A stretch of DNA of 39,207 nucleotides from Squatina squatina (lineage: Eukaryota): assembly GCA_031763465.1 (NCBI GenBank), contig JARFOE010000001.1, forward strand, positions 8,444,906-8,484,112. Reading direction: 5' to 3'. This document shows positions 1-11,036 of the stretch, piece by piece. The notes beneath the pieces are model-generated. The model made no database searches and had not been told where the DNA came from. It saw nothing but the letters and a program-made list of their open reading frames with translations. The position numbers and the translations under genes are program-made. How positions within the stretch are numbered: position 1 is the first letter of the stretch; every line of letters starts with the position of its first letter.

Positions 1-346
1 TACTATATATGATATACTTTTAAAATAGCATTGAACAGCTATATTAAACAGTGCCATGTTAGGATAAGCAGTAACATTTAAGGTAATGTGCCTACTTAAA
101 CTATTTTTCATTTAATTTTGTACTTTTATTTGAAAAAAAATAGTTTAGTGAAATGCTTTAAAACTTTCACTGTTTTGCTTTTTGAAAGAATCTGAGTGGA
201 GAAAAATCTGGTCTGTAGTACATTTTCCATTACTAATAGCTTGTGCAGATCTTGAATCAGGCTCTTTTTGTTTTGAATTATTCATTTCTGTAGAAGTGTG
301 CAGAGAAAATATGCTTTATGTTGAATAGTGTTAGAAACACTGGCTG

Positions 347-348
<2 letters not shown>

Positions 349-383
<35 letters not shown>
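349..383. repeat. (AT)n microsatellite in UGT8 intron
   Basis: About 17 uninterrupted AT dinucleotides, read directly. Confidence 0.95.
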
Positions 384-388
<5 letters not shown>

Positions 389-487
389 TTTATACATTGA
401 ATTGTATGTACTACTTTGGATTTGAAGATATTTATTTTTGACATGTACTGCACCATGAACTAAATAGTTTTATTTGCACAACTATAG

Positions 488-707
488 GTCACCCAAACAT
501 CAGAGGGTTTCTAAGCCATGGTGGTCTGAATGGTATCTTTGAAGCGATGTACCATGGTGTACCTGTAGTTGGGATTCCCCTTTTTGGTGATCACTATGAT
601 ACAATGACCCGTGTGCATGCCAAAGGCATGGGCATTTCATTAAACTGGAAAACAATGACAGAAGATGATCTGTACAATGCAATGGTGACAGTAATTGCTG
701 ACCCACG
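488..707 (+). CDS. UGT8: UDP-galactose:ceramide galactosyltransferase, penultimate coding exon (UGT signature / UDP-sugar-binding region)
   Basis: AG acceptor at 486-487, GTAAG donor at 708; 220 bp, matching the conserved vertebrate UGT exon size. Reads (G)HPNIRGFLSHGGLNGIFEAMYHGVPVVGIPLFGDHYDTMTRVHAKGMGISLNWKTMTEDDLYNAMVTVIADP(R). The GVPVVGIPLFGDHYDTMTRV stretch is characteristic of UGT8; DH instead of DQ fits a galactosyltransferase. Absent from the ORF track in this frame. Confidence 0.96.
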
Positions 708-825
708 GTAAGAAAAAAAAATAATNNNNNNNNNNNNNNNNNNNNNNNNNNNNNNNNNNNNNNNNNNNNNNNNNNNNNNNNNNNNNNNNNNNNNNNNNNN
801 NNNNNNNNNNNNNNNNNNNNNNNNN

Positions 826-900
826 CACCGCACCTTAGGAAGGGTATACTGGCCTTGGAGGGAATGCAGCGGAGGTTTACCAGAATGCTATCCGGACTCC
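826..900 (+). mobile_element. CR1 LINE ORF2 C-terminal fragment (5' piece, interrupted)
   Basis: Translates PHLRKGILALEGMQRRFTRMLSGL, matching the CR1 motif PxLRKDIxALExVQRRFTRMxPG. Confidence 0.85.
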
Positions 901-1210
901 GGTGTGTTTGTGTTGTTTTTCACCTTTCATTGAAGTTTTGACAGATCTTGACAGACCACTGAGAACTGTCAAAACTTCATTGAAAGATACACACCTAACT
1001 GGTTGGTTGGGGCCTCCCATGTGACCTCTCCAGCCTCTTCGCTCGACTTGCCTTGGAATCTACAGAGCCCCGCTCCGAATCTCCAACTCGGAGGGTGGGT
1101 GCTCAAACTTGCAAGGTCGTGTGGATCCAGAACCCTTAGGTAAGTACATAGAGATAATTGTGATCAGTGGCACCCGCACGCAGGAAGCCTCCGATCGCAA
1201 TTTCAGGGCT
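901..1210 (-). mobile_element. Non-autonomous DNA transposon end (Harbinger-like MITE), copy 1, nested in CR1
   Basis: Reverse complement aligns along its length with 33305-33630; terminus on the - strand reads AGCCCTGAAATTGCGATCGGAGG; internal hairpin at 924-986. Confidence 0.75.
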
Positions 1211-1381
1211 ATTAAGGGGAACTGATAGGGTGGATAGAGAGAAACTATTTCTGCTGTTTGGGGAGTCTAGGACCAGGGGCAGCATCTAAAAATTAGAGCC
1301 AGACCTTTCATTAGGAAATACTTCTACACACAAAGGGTGTAAGAAGTTTGGAACTCTCTTCCGCAGATGGTAATCGATGCT
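1211..1381 (+). mobile_element. CR1 LINE ORF2 C-terminal fragment (3' piece)
   Basis: Translates LRGTDRVDREKLFLLFGESRTRG...KIRARPF...FYTQRV, the CR1 terminal region. Confidence 0.85.
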
Positions 1382-1481
1382 NNNNNNNNNNNNNNNNNNN
1401 NNNNNNNNNNNNNNNNNNNNNNNNNNNNNNNNNNNNNNNNNNNNNNNNNNNNNNNNNNNNNNNNNNNNNNNNNNNNNNNNN

Positions 1482-1590
1482 AAAGTCTAAGTAAACTGCT
1501 TCAACTGGATCACCCTCACCCACAAGAGGTCCAGTGGATTTGTATGGCTAACCCAGTTATATTACTTCCAAAACCATCCTGACTTTTCTT
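1482..1590 (-). mobile_element. CR1 reverse transcriptase fragment
   Basis: Minus-strand GEGDPVEAVYLDF matches the CR1 RT motif VDxGxPVDVVYLDF. Confidence 0.75.
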
Positions 1591-1759
1591 TGTGATAACT
1601 GTACTTTAAGATATTGCTTTATAGCATCCAGTAGAAGTTCCACATGTATTTACGGTGAAAAATGTTTTGAGGGTAAATAGTCAAAGAAGTAAAGTCTTTT
1701 GAAAGCACTGATGGGGATATAGTATCAAGCAACTGGAAAATACACATTTTCTGAACAAT

Positions 1760-3160
1760 ATTTTGTATCCAGGATAATAGTAATTACCGATGAAGAGAAG
1801 GAAATGTTGGAGATTGAAAGAAGATAGGGCTTCAAAGCCAGATGGCGTGTGCGCAATAGTACTTAAAGAAATGGCTGATGAAATTGGTCAGGATCTTTAC
1901 AGAATAATTAGAAATGAAAGTTGAACCAAAAGGTTGGAGAAAAGGGAGCAAACACAACATCTCCTTTGAGGTAGAACTGTCTCAAATTACAGGCAATTAT
2001 CTGTCGTCAGTAAGATATTAGAAACTATCCTTAAAAAGGCTGTTGTGAAACACTTTTTTATGTCATCAGGGCTTTGTGCTGGGGGTCGGGTTCTTGCTGA
2101 ACAAGCTTGTCAGTTATTTGAAGAGAGATGAGCTTTTGTATAAAAGCAACTCCATGGACATTGTTGATCCAGTTTTCTGCAAGGCTTGTGCTGCAGTGCC
2201 TACATAGGTTAGTCCGTAAGGTAGAAAAGCACAGAATAATTGGGCAGTTATTGAAGTGCATTAGTGATTGTGCATAGAATTGTCAGAGTGATGGGAAGTG
2301 ATTCATCGGATGCCTGAAGGATCAGTGATGGGTCCTTTGCTATTCACATTGTATATCAATGATTTGGAAGTACAAATAGAAACAAAACAGTTCAAAATTT
2401 ATTGTTGACATAAAGGAGAAAGATTGCAAACAATTCAGACCTGGCTAATCAGATCCATGGGGATCTAGATGGATTGGGAAGTTGGGCAAATGCAAAATTA
2501 TAAGACGGTGGAAGGAAAATAAACACTGAAGCCATACATCAAACTGTGTTGGTCTACAGGAAAAGTTGTTGGAGATATGGGTGGACAGACCATCTCCACA
2601 AGTAAATAAATATATAGTGCATGGAATAGAAGACAAGCCACAGGGCATTCCACTAGTTCATCCATATCTGGAGTACCGTGTGCATTTTTGGTCACCATAG
2701 TACAGAAAAAACATCATGACACTTGGAAAAAGGTGCAGTTAAGGACTACCCATCTGACATCTGCTATTAGACAGCTGAGCTATGAGGTTGGACTACAGAA
2801 GTTAGTTTGTTTTATACTGAAGAGGAGATTAATTGGGGGTGTTACTGACGTATTCAAGATCTTTAAGGATATCAACAAGTTGAACCCTGAGAAACTGTTT
2901 ACCATGGCTCTGAGAAGAGCAAAGGGACAGGATGAAACTCAAATCAGATATAACTTTCATTCAGAGGGTGATTAATGTTTGGAGTGGATTATCCAGGGAG
3001 GCGATTAAGGCTGATGGGATCAATAGTTTTAAGAAGCTGGACGGACATTTTTCAGAAAATCAATTGAGAGATATAAGTAGCAAACAGTGTATTTTGATTT
3101 TTAAAGTCTGGGACCAAAATCGCCTTTCGCGACTTGTGCATTCCAATGTATATCTTCAGT
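1760..3160 (+). mobile_element. Old degenerate CR1 LINE (RT to 3' tail) in last UGT8 intron
   Basis: Decayed motifs: KPDGVCAIVLKEMADEI, GSVMGPLLFTLYINDL, HLEYRVHFWSP, KRRLIGGVTDVFKIFKDI, FIQRVINVWSGL. Many stops and frameshifts. Confidence 0.85.
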
Positions 3161-3824
3161 TAAGCAACTGTAAATGAAAATCTTGAGACATACTAGATAG
3201 TTTGCCTTCTAGAACCTTTATACTAGCTAATATATCCCATTTGTCACAAAACAAATTTTCTGAAAAAGTACAAACTTCAGAGGTTAATATAGTTTTGGAA
3301 GGTAATAACACTACTAAAAGTAACAATTTAATTTTATTAATAATGTAAACTTGTGCTATAATGCAAGGAAATGGCTCAAAACTGGAAACCATTATGTTTG
3401 AGTTGTTACGGTTTTTCTCTGGGGAAAGAGCACCAACACACACAGGCCAGAATCACTGGATTCCAGTATTCTGTCAAACGCAGCTCATTTTTCACCAAAC
3501 ACGTCTATTTTCGAGGATTCAAAAAGGAAAAAGTGATCAGGCACAAGGAATGATCTATTATATTTGTATCCATGAAAACTACACATCCAGCTTCAAAGTT
3601 TATTGTATCTGTGCCTGGACAAATGGATTAAAATGCTTTATGCCAACTTTAAATATAAAGATAGTGGGCATTGTAATATATTATGTTTTGTTTAATCTTG
3701 AAAAGTGGTTTAAAATAATTATTGACATTGGAGTTAATAGTTCTTTATTATTTTTTCATTGATATGCTTATCCATTTTAATGGCATTGCCTGTTGATACA
3801 GCACTTTTATTATCTTGTTTTTAG

Positions 3825-4179
3825 CTACAAACAACGTGCTGAACAGTTGTCTCAGATTCATAGAGACCAGCCAGAACATCCTGTTAGCCGAACAGTTTAC
3901 TGGATTAACTACATCCTCCGTTACAGTGGGGCAGAACATCTTCGTGCTGCTGTTTATAAGATCCGATTCTACCAGTACTTCTTGTTGGATGCACTTCTGC
4001 TCGTTTCATTGAGTATTGTTGTTGCATTCAAGATAGGATTGTGGATAGTGAAGCTGGTCGCCAAAAGGTNNNNNNNNNNNNNNNNNNNNNNNNNNNNTAA
4101 TGGACACTGCTACAATGGAATAGCAAATGGTAAACATCGGAAGAATGGTCACGTCAAACATGAAAAAAAAGTGAAATGA
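3825..4179 (+). CDS. UGT8: UGT8 last coding exon (transmembrane helix, cytosolic tail, KKVK ER-retrieval signal)
   Basis: Pyrimidine tract plus TAG acceptor ending at 3824; phase joins the previous exon (CG|C = Arg). Reads YKQRAEQLSQIHRDQPEHPVSRTVYWINYILRYSGAEHLRAAVYKIRFYQYFLLD-hydrophobic TM-KLVAKR-[28 N gap, 4070-4097]-NGHCYNGIANGKHRKNGHVKHEKKVK-TGA. Confidence 0.96.
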
Positions 4180-7100
4180 ATAATCCTATCTATCCCCGTA
4201 ATATTGGGAAAGATTTAACAGTTAACTATACTGTTGGTATAATACCACCTGTGTAACACACTACTGACAGCATTTAGGAAAATAACTGTGTTAACGTTCT
4301 CCACCATTTAACCTCATTTTGCCTAAAATTCCATGTGCTGACTAAAGGACCGATAAGCACAATTTAAAATGCAATACTGTATATCTGATTCTTGGCATTT
4401 CTGCACAAATTACTTTGGCACTGAAACTGTAAGGGCCTTAATTCTTGGAATGTTTTATTATGAATTTTTATAAATTGTTTTGTGATTTATTAAAGTGTGT
4501 TGTGTGCCCCACTTTTTTAAAAAAGAAAAAAAAAGATGAAGGGTTTGATATTTGGGTAAAATTAGTTCAGTTTGATTTTTTGTTTTGTTTCAGAGTTGAC
4601 AGAAGATTATGTTAGCTAGGACTATATTGAATAGTACATTAATTCAATTGTGATGTTGGTATAGTCAATTATTTGACCCATACAAAGAAGTTTTACTTGC
4701 TTTGCGAATGTCTTTCTGATGGAAAACTTGTGGTCAGATCTCCTTATTGTTAAAGGATCTGCTGTGTTTTTACACCATTTCTATGATTTTTTTTTAATGG
4801 ATTGGGCACAAATCCAAGTATCCCTCACATACACAAATCCTTCACAAAATCAGTCAGCATGTAGTTTAATAATTGTCTTGTCAAGTAGTGCTCAATGATG
4901 ACCTAATTTCTGATCTAATTTCCAACTTCATTTAGGTTTTCTCAAACTTAAAATTACTAATTGTGTAGTTGATGAGAAAGACTTCAAATGTATTGTGTAC
5001 CTTACAAGATGTAGATTGATTTTCTTCTGTTATAATTCGCAAATATAGGAAATGAAGCATGAATGAAACAGTCCATCTGCTTTTCTGGTTATTGAAGTAA
5101 TTAACACTGAGCTTTTGGATCTGAATATTAATGTTGGCTGACATTTGGACTTAGCTCGTCTGAAAATTAAACTTCACTGTAAGAGCATATGTTAAAGTAC
5201 ACCATCTTGAATCATGGCAGCGAAAAATATGCTTTGGAAATACATTTCCTTTCATTTTCTAACTACATATAACTCCACCTCCTGTTAGCTGATAGTAAGG
5301 AGCACAGAAAGCAGCCCCATTATAATGAAAGAAATCTTTAATGCTGGATTACAGCACAGTGTTTTGTTAGAATTACTGTTCCAGAACTTGAGCATTTGAC
5401 AACCACTCAGGATTCCTGTCACTTGAATGTCACTAAAATCTGCTCTACAACCTTTGCTAATTCTAGGCCTCCGAACTCAAACACTGCATACAACTAGGTC
5501 GTAGTACCCCACAGAAGAGAAAAGCTGGCACAATTTGAGTTGGCCTTTCTTGAACTCCATTGGAGAGCCCGTGACCATGAAAAAGCAATGATGCTGAATA
5601 CAAAGAAGTCTGACTAAATAACCTCAACTTCCCAGTTAAAGGTGAAAAGAAACATAGGAACAGGAGTAGGGAATTCAGCCTCTCCAGCCTGCTCTGCTGT
5701 TCAATTTGATCATGGTAATCTGTATTTCAACACCATTTACCTACCTTTGCTCTATATACCTTGATATCCTAACCTAACAATAATCTACTGATCTCAGTTA
5801 TGAACATTACAATGGACCCATTATCCAGAGCCTTTTGGTGAATGCATGTTGATAAGTTCCAGCTACTGAGCGAAGAGGGAGGGGAAGAGGGAAAAGAACT
5901 GGGAAGTTGGTATTAAATATTTTTCTAAAATTACTTTAGATGTGATAACAATCATTGATTCACTGTAGAAAACCAGACAATGGAGTATATTTACCAATAT
6001 TTACTGTTTTTTAAGAAGATCCCCAAAAACAATGAATGTTGTGGGAAGTTTGCTGAAGAGTAGATATAGTAACTAAATGTTTAGGCAAAAATATTCACGT
6101 CAGCAAGTTTGCTNNNNNNNNNNNNNNNNNNNNNNNNNNNNNNNNNNNNNNNNNNNNNNNNNNNNNNNNNNNNNNNNNNNNNNNNNNNNNNNNNNNNNNN
6201 NNNNNNNNNNNNNATAAACGTGAGGCCAGCTCACATTTGCATGCACAAACAAAATAACTCCATAATATTGTTGCCCATCACTTGCCAAAGTATTTTTACA
6301 TGGTCTTGTATTTTCTCATTAAACCATAGGTGAATAGTTTGTCAGCGGTTGTTACTTTTCAACACAGTTGCATCTTGGTAGCTTCCTGTTCTTTTGAACA
6401 TCTCTGGGGCACACAATTCACTGTTTTGTAACTACTGTACTTACTGTAGCCCAGTGCTGCTTTCCTGTATCTTTGTCATAGTTTGTCTACAGTGTGATGT
6501 GTTTACTTACTAAATGTACTAGCCCTGCTGTGAGTGTAGATTTTATTTATTGTAGTTAAGAGTTCACGTGTCTGACAAAGGAACTAAGAGCATCTCGTAT
6601 CCAATGTTACCATTGCCTCCTTGATTTTGACTAAGTTATGACATAAATAAGGGCTGTATTTTATTTCTATCCCACTTGGAGCCACAGATGGCCACTGAAT
6701 GTAGGAAAATAGGCAGGAGTAATGAACAGCTAATAGCTTTAAATGACTGAACAAAGGAAAGTTGATGTAAATATGTTTACATTACTTGCATTTTTGTTCA
6801 AAGCCCTGTGCAATACTGCCATGAAGTGGCCCTAGGGAAAGCAGATTCACTGCTTCAGGAGGCTATGAGTGGTNNNNNNNNNNNNNNNNNNNNNNNNNNN
6901 NNNNNNNNNNNNNNNNNNNNNNNNNNNNNNNNNNNNNNNNNNNNNNNNNNNNNNNNNNNNNNNNNNNNNNNNNAGAATCTGCATTGTACATTTTATGTTG
7001 AGAGTTCTCTAGTGAATGTAACTTTATTTAACTTTAAATCAGTTTGTAATTTTTATGGCTGTGGTCACCTTTCTCCATAAAAATGTCACAGGAACCCAAA

Positions 7101-7250
7101 CTTGGCAGTGCAGTCCTTGAAGAGCTTCTGGAATCATCTGTCCCATATGGCCCTCTTTTATGTTGTGGCTACTGCCTTCATTTACATATTCATGTTGCAT
7201 GCAGATGAGATTGCACAATCTCAGTAATAAAAAATGATCTGGCACCACAA
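4180..7250 (+). other. UGT8: Probable UGT8 3'UTR (end uncertain)
   Basis: Follows the stop codon and is U/A-rich. ATTAAA near 4489 and 5166; first canonical AATAAA I noticed is at 7226-7231. Two gaps could hide an earlier signal. Confidence 0.4.
5646..5842 (-). mobile_element. CR1 LINE 3' end
   Basis: AAGAAACATAGGAACAGGAGTAGG..ATTCAGCC..CCAGCCTGCTCTGC is the typical reverse-complement CR1 3' tail of sharks. Confidence 0.8.
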
Positions 7251-7802
7251 CTTTTTTCTAAATTATTAGCTATGTGTAATAGTGCCTCTGCTATCCCTAG
7301 TTACATTTATAATGTGTGGTTTTATCCCCTTTGAGTTTGATTAGTTTATTTAATATTTCTCCTCTTTTTACTTTTCCTGCAGTTATATCATTTCTAATCT
7401 CATCGTCTGCTGTCTTGCTCGCCTAATCCGCCTCCCTGGTCATATGAAGCAAAATCACTATTTAATATTTCTGCCAATTCGCTGTCGCTGCCTGTGATTT
7501 TATCCTGACCATCCCTTAGTGGCCCTATTCCCATAAATGGATATATATTTTCACATAGTGGAGTGATATAATATTACTGACAATTTACATAAAAAAATGT
7601 CAACACTCACCAGTGTACACAAAGATTATTGGGTTATCACTGTCAGTATTTGTAATGTGCAAAAATCTCACGGTGACTAATCTAACATAATTTGATATAA
7701 ACNNNNNNNNNNNNNNNNNNNNNNNNNNNNNNNNNNNNNNNNNNNNNNNNNNNNNNNNNNNNNNNNNNNNNNNNNNNNNNNNNNNNNNNNNNNNNNNNNN
7801 NN

Positions 7803-8083
7803 CAAAAGAACCAACTTAATCTTTAGAGCCTCCTCAGAGACCCACAAACAAGCAATTGGTGGAAACTCTCAATGGTGATTAATGCATCCTGGGGGTGGGG
7901 CCAATTTTGTAGATGGGGCCAGCTTCTACAGCAATGTTTATTAAAGTAGCACAAAAGATTGCAGAAACTCAATTTGCGCTGGACGGAATTTAGGTTTAAA
8001 GTTTTACGATCTTTTGAGCTGGTTACGCCAATTTCAGAATTATGCCCCAAAAAAGCAACAGAATCGAGCAGAAACTCCAGGCT
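7803..8083. mobile_element. MITE-like element end
   Basis: Locally CpG-bearing segment ending GAAACTCCAGGC, resembling the GCC(T)GGA(G/A)TTT-type termini elsewhere in the window; other end lies in a gap. Confidence 0.4.
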
Positions 8084-8745
8084 AAAGTGTATATCCCTCT
8101 GATAGCATTAAAACACACACACATTTGATTGTTGGAATCTATCACTGAATGTTCAATAGTTGTCATGGAAATGAGATTCTGATTGAGATTGTATTGATGT
8201 TTCTGATGTCTCTCTGCTCATTGACATTATGAAGCACTAATCCTGGTTAGTCAGGAGTGACATCTGCATTTATAAAATATATTTTAAGTTCATTAGTCAT
8301 TGCATTCAGTAAATTCATGCAGCCCTTAGGGATTAATACCCAATGCAAAATGTAACCCAAAGAGATACAAATTTGGTCAATTTTGGCTCGTGTGTGAATA
8401 CATAAATTTGGCTCAGCTTTGCCTTTCGGAAAAGGAGAAACAACTCCAGCGCCTGTCAGACAACAGCTGCTGTCCATGCTGCAGCACCGAAGACAGGTGA
8501 CATGTTCCTTTGTGTTTGCCACAAACCACAATGTACAATTAATACTGGTGTCTGAAACTCAAGGAAAAACAACTCCATGGTACCCAAAGTCATTGTATCT
8601 TTGAAAACCAAATAACGTGTGATATGTGGAATGATCTGCTACCTAGATTTAATGAGGATTTCAGAAAGATAGCTACAGAATATTCTCCTAACTGTTCAGT
8701 TTATTAGACATCCTAAAGTTACACTTGTAATAAATATAATGCTAT

Positions 8746-9221
8746 TTTAGGATCCGGTTGAAGGCATGGCCGTCGATCGTGGGACAAAGGGAAGGGGCTG
8801 CACAAGGGGCCAGAGACTTTTATCGGAGGGGGACATTGTTAGGCTGGAGGAGGTTATAGAGATAGGAAAGAGCTACGCCATGAAGGGGTTTAAACATGAG
8901 GATAAGAATTTTAAATTTGGTAAGGGATAGGATATCGGCAGTAGAGTTTTGAAGGAGCTGATGTTTACAGAAGGTGGTGAACGGGAGGCCAGCCAAGAGA
9001 CGATTAAAATAGTTGAGTCTGGAGGTGAAAAAGACATAGATGGGGATTTCAGCGGCAGACGGGCCAAAGCAGGGCAGAGATGGATGGAAGTAGGTGGTGT
9101 TTCTGATGGAGAGGATCAGGTATCAAGCTCAGCTTAAGGTTGAATAGATTGCTGAGGTTGTGAGCAGTCTAGTTCAGCCTGTGACAATAATCAGGGAGGT
9201 GAATGGAATCAGTGACATGTG
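8746..9221 (-). mobile_element. L2 LINE ORF2 3' fragment
   Basis: Purine-rich + strand (GGCTGGAGGAGGTTATAGAGATAGG...AAGAATTTTAAATTT) is the complement of the L2 3' region also seen at 34575-34892. Confidence 0.8.
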
Positions 9222-9321
9222 NNNNNNNNNNNNNNNNNNNNNNNNNNNNNNNNNNNNNNNNNNNNNNNNNNNNNNNNNNNNNNNNNNNNNNNNNNNNNNN
9301 NNNNNNNNNNNNNNNNNNNNN

Positions 9322-9395
9322 CCTGCTGAGTTTTTCCAGCAATTTTTGTTTGTATTCTAGATTCCAGCATCCGCAGTATTTCGCTTTTGTATTTG
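9322..9395 (+). mobile_element. Penelope-like element terminal fragment
   Basis: CCTGCTGAGTTTTTCCAGCAATTTTTG...ATTCCAGCATCCGCAGTATTTCGCTTTTG matches the abundant shark Penelope-type tail as I recall it. Confidence 0.65.
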
Positions 9396-10245
9396 AGTTC
9401 ACTATTAGTCCCTGAAACAGACTGTTGGCACATGTATTAGGCTAAGGAAAATCTTTCACTTGCCTGTTTGAACTGAGTACAATTTTTCCGAGGCTTTTGA
9501 TGATCCTAGGTTCAGGTTTTGTTCTTTTTTTCAACTGATTGAGATGCTCCATTACCTAATACACAAAATTGATAATATTTTATACTTTAGCTGGAGAGCA
9601 GTTGCTTTTAATTAGGAACAAACAACAACGGATAAGCCTTCTCTCGTCCAATTTTAAACTTAAGAATGAAAGGGGCTTTTATTTGTTAGCATTTTTGAGG
9701 GGGGGAAAGCAACAATTTATCAACACGCAAGGAAACAATGAGCACTTGTTAGGGAGCAGTTTGGTGCACACATTTCCCCCGTGGTTGCAGCGTTCATATA
9801 GATTTTTGGTCAGATTGAACTGTGTTACTCAGAGAAAAGGTACATACATCAAACCAAGTGACAAAACACCACTCTGACAAATGGAGCAAAATTTATAAAT
9901 AATAAAGAGGTATGCTTTCTGAATCCTCAGAGGGGGAAATGTGAGAAGTTAATGCTGCCTTGAATATCTGCTGTTGGCACTGTGTAATTTGAAACATTCA
10001 GGAAAGGAGAAATAGATTTAAGTTCCTATCGGACCCCTGGTGACTGCACTAATTTTTTTTTGATGCAGTTCAGGAAATGAGTTCTGTATTTGTTTATTAA
10101 TGTTAAAATCAACACTACATACATTAAAAAATGCATTATAATGTGTTATTATATTAACCAATTCGAAAGCTGTAATGCCTCCAGTTCTGAAATTGGGGGT
10201 TGATCCTCTCACCTAAATGCGACAGTTTCACCCCCTGTGAGGAGC

Positions 10246-10335
10246 AAGCCTTGAATTTTATGGGGAGGCCGACAGTCGAGGGAATGGGAAACCGGGAAAT
10301 CTGAAGGCACCGCGGTGTCAGCTGCAAGTTCCTTA
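10246..10335 (+). mobile_element. MITE terminus (Harbinger-like)
   Basis: AGCCTTGAATTTTATGGGGAGGC resembles the reverse complement of the 27.65 kb terminus (GGCCCTGATATTTATGGAGAGGC); runs into a gap. Confidence 0.5.
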
Positions 10336-11036
10336 NNNNNNNNNNNNNNNNNNNNNNNNNNNNNNNNNNNNNNNNNNNNNNNNNNNNNNNNNNNNNNNNN
10401 NNNNNNNNNNNNNNNNNNNNNNNNNNNNNNNNNNNCAGGGCTCATAACAATACTGCAAGTGCTAAATAAGTAATGGTAACACAGAGGCTTTTGAAAATGT
10501 GGATGAATACTAAAATACAATTAAATTGCATGGTCCTGGGATCTGTTCAGTTTACAAAGTCATGATACCAAGATATACTGTAAAAGCTCTCCGGTGCATT
10601 CAACTATTTTCTGCAGTGTTTGCATTATCTTTTTAAGGCACTAAAATTGTGCACACTTAACCTAATGCTTAAGTGTACAGAGGAGTAGACATTTTAACCT
10701 CAGCTGTCAATATAACGATAATATCAGAATTAAAAATGGATGACTCTGCTACATGATCTGGAATAAATGCAATAAATACCTTGCAATACTAAAATATTAA
10801 TATTTTCCTGAATGTTATCAATCACAACAAAGTAATATAAATGGTTTGAACTATTTTGATGACGGTTTACTTATTTTGTACTTTATTATTGGTCTTCCAT
10901 GTTAATTTTTTTTCTTTGCCACATCAGCAGCTGAGANNNNNNNNNNNNNNNNNNNNNNNNNNNNNNNNNNNNNNNNNNNNNNNNNNNNNNNNNNNNNNNN
11001 NNNNNNNNNNNNNNNNNNNNNNNNNNNNNNNNNNNN

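Noticed and set aside
594-833. ORF-track entries containing long X runs (here and at the other gaps)
   Set aside because: Artefacts of reading through N gaps.
3361-3762. 133-aa ORF in last UGT8 intron
   Set aside because: No recognisable domain; AT-rich intronic sequence; flanking exons splice in frame without it.
3793-3824. N-terminal extension MIQHFYYLVFS of the ORF-track call
   Set aside because: It is the polypyrimidine tract and acceptor of the intron, not coding.
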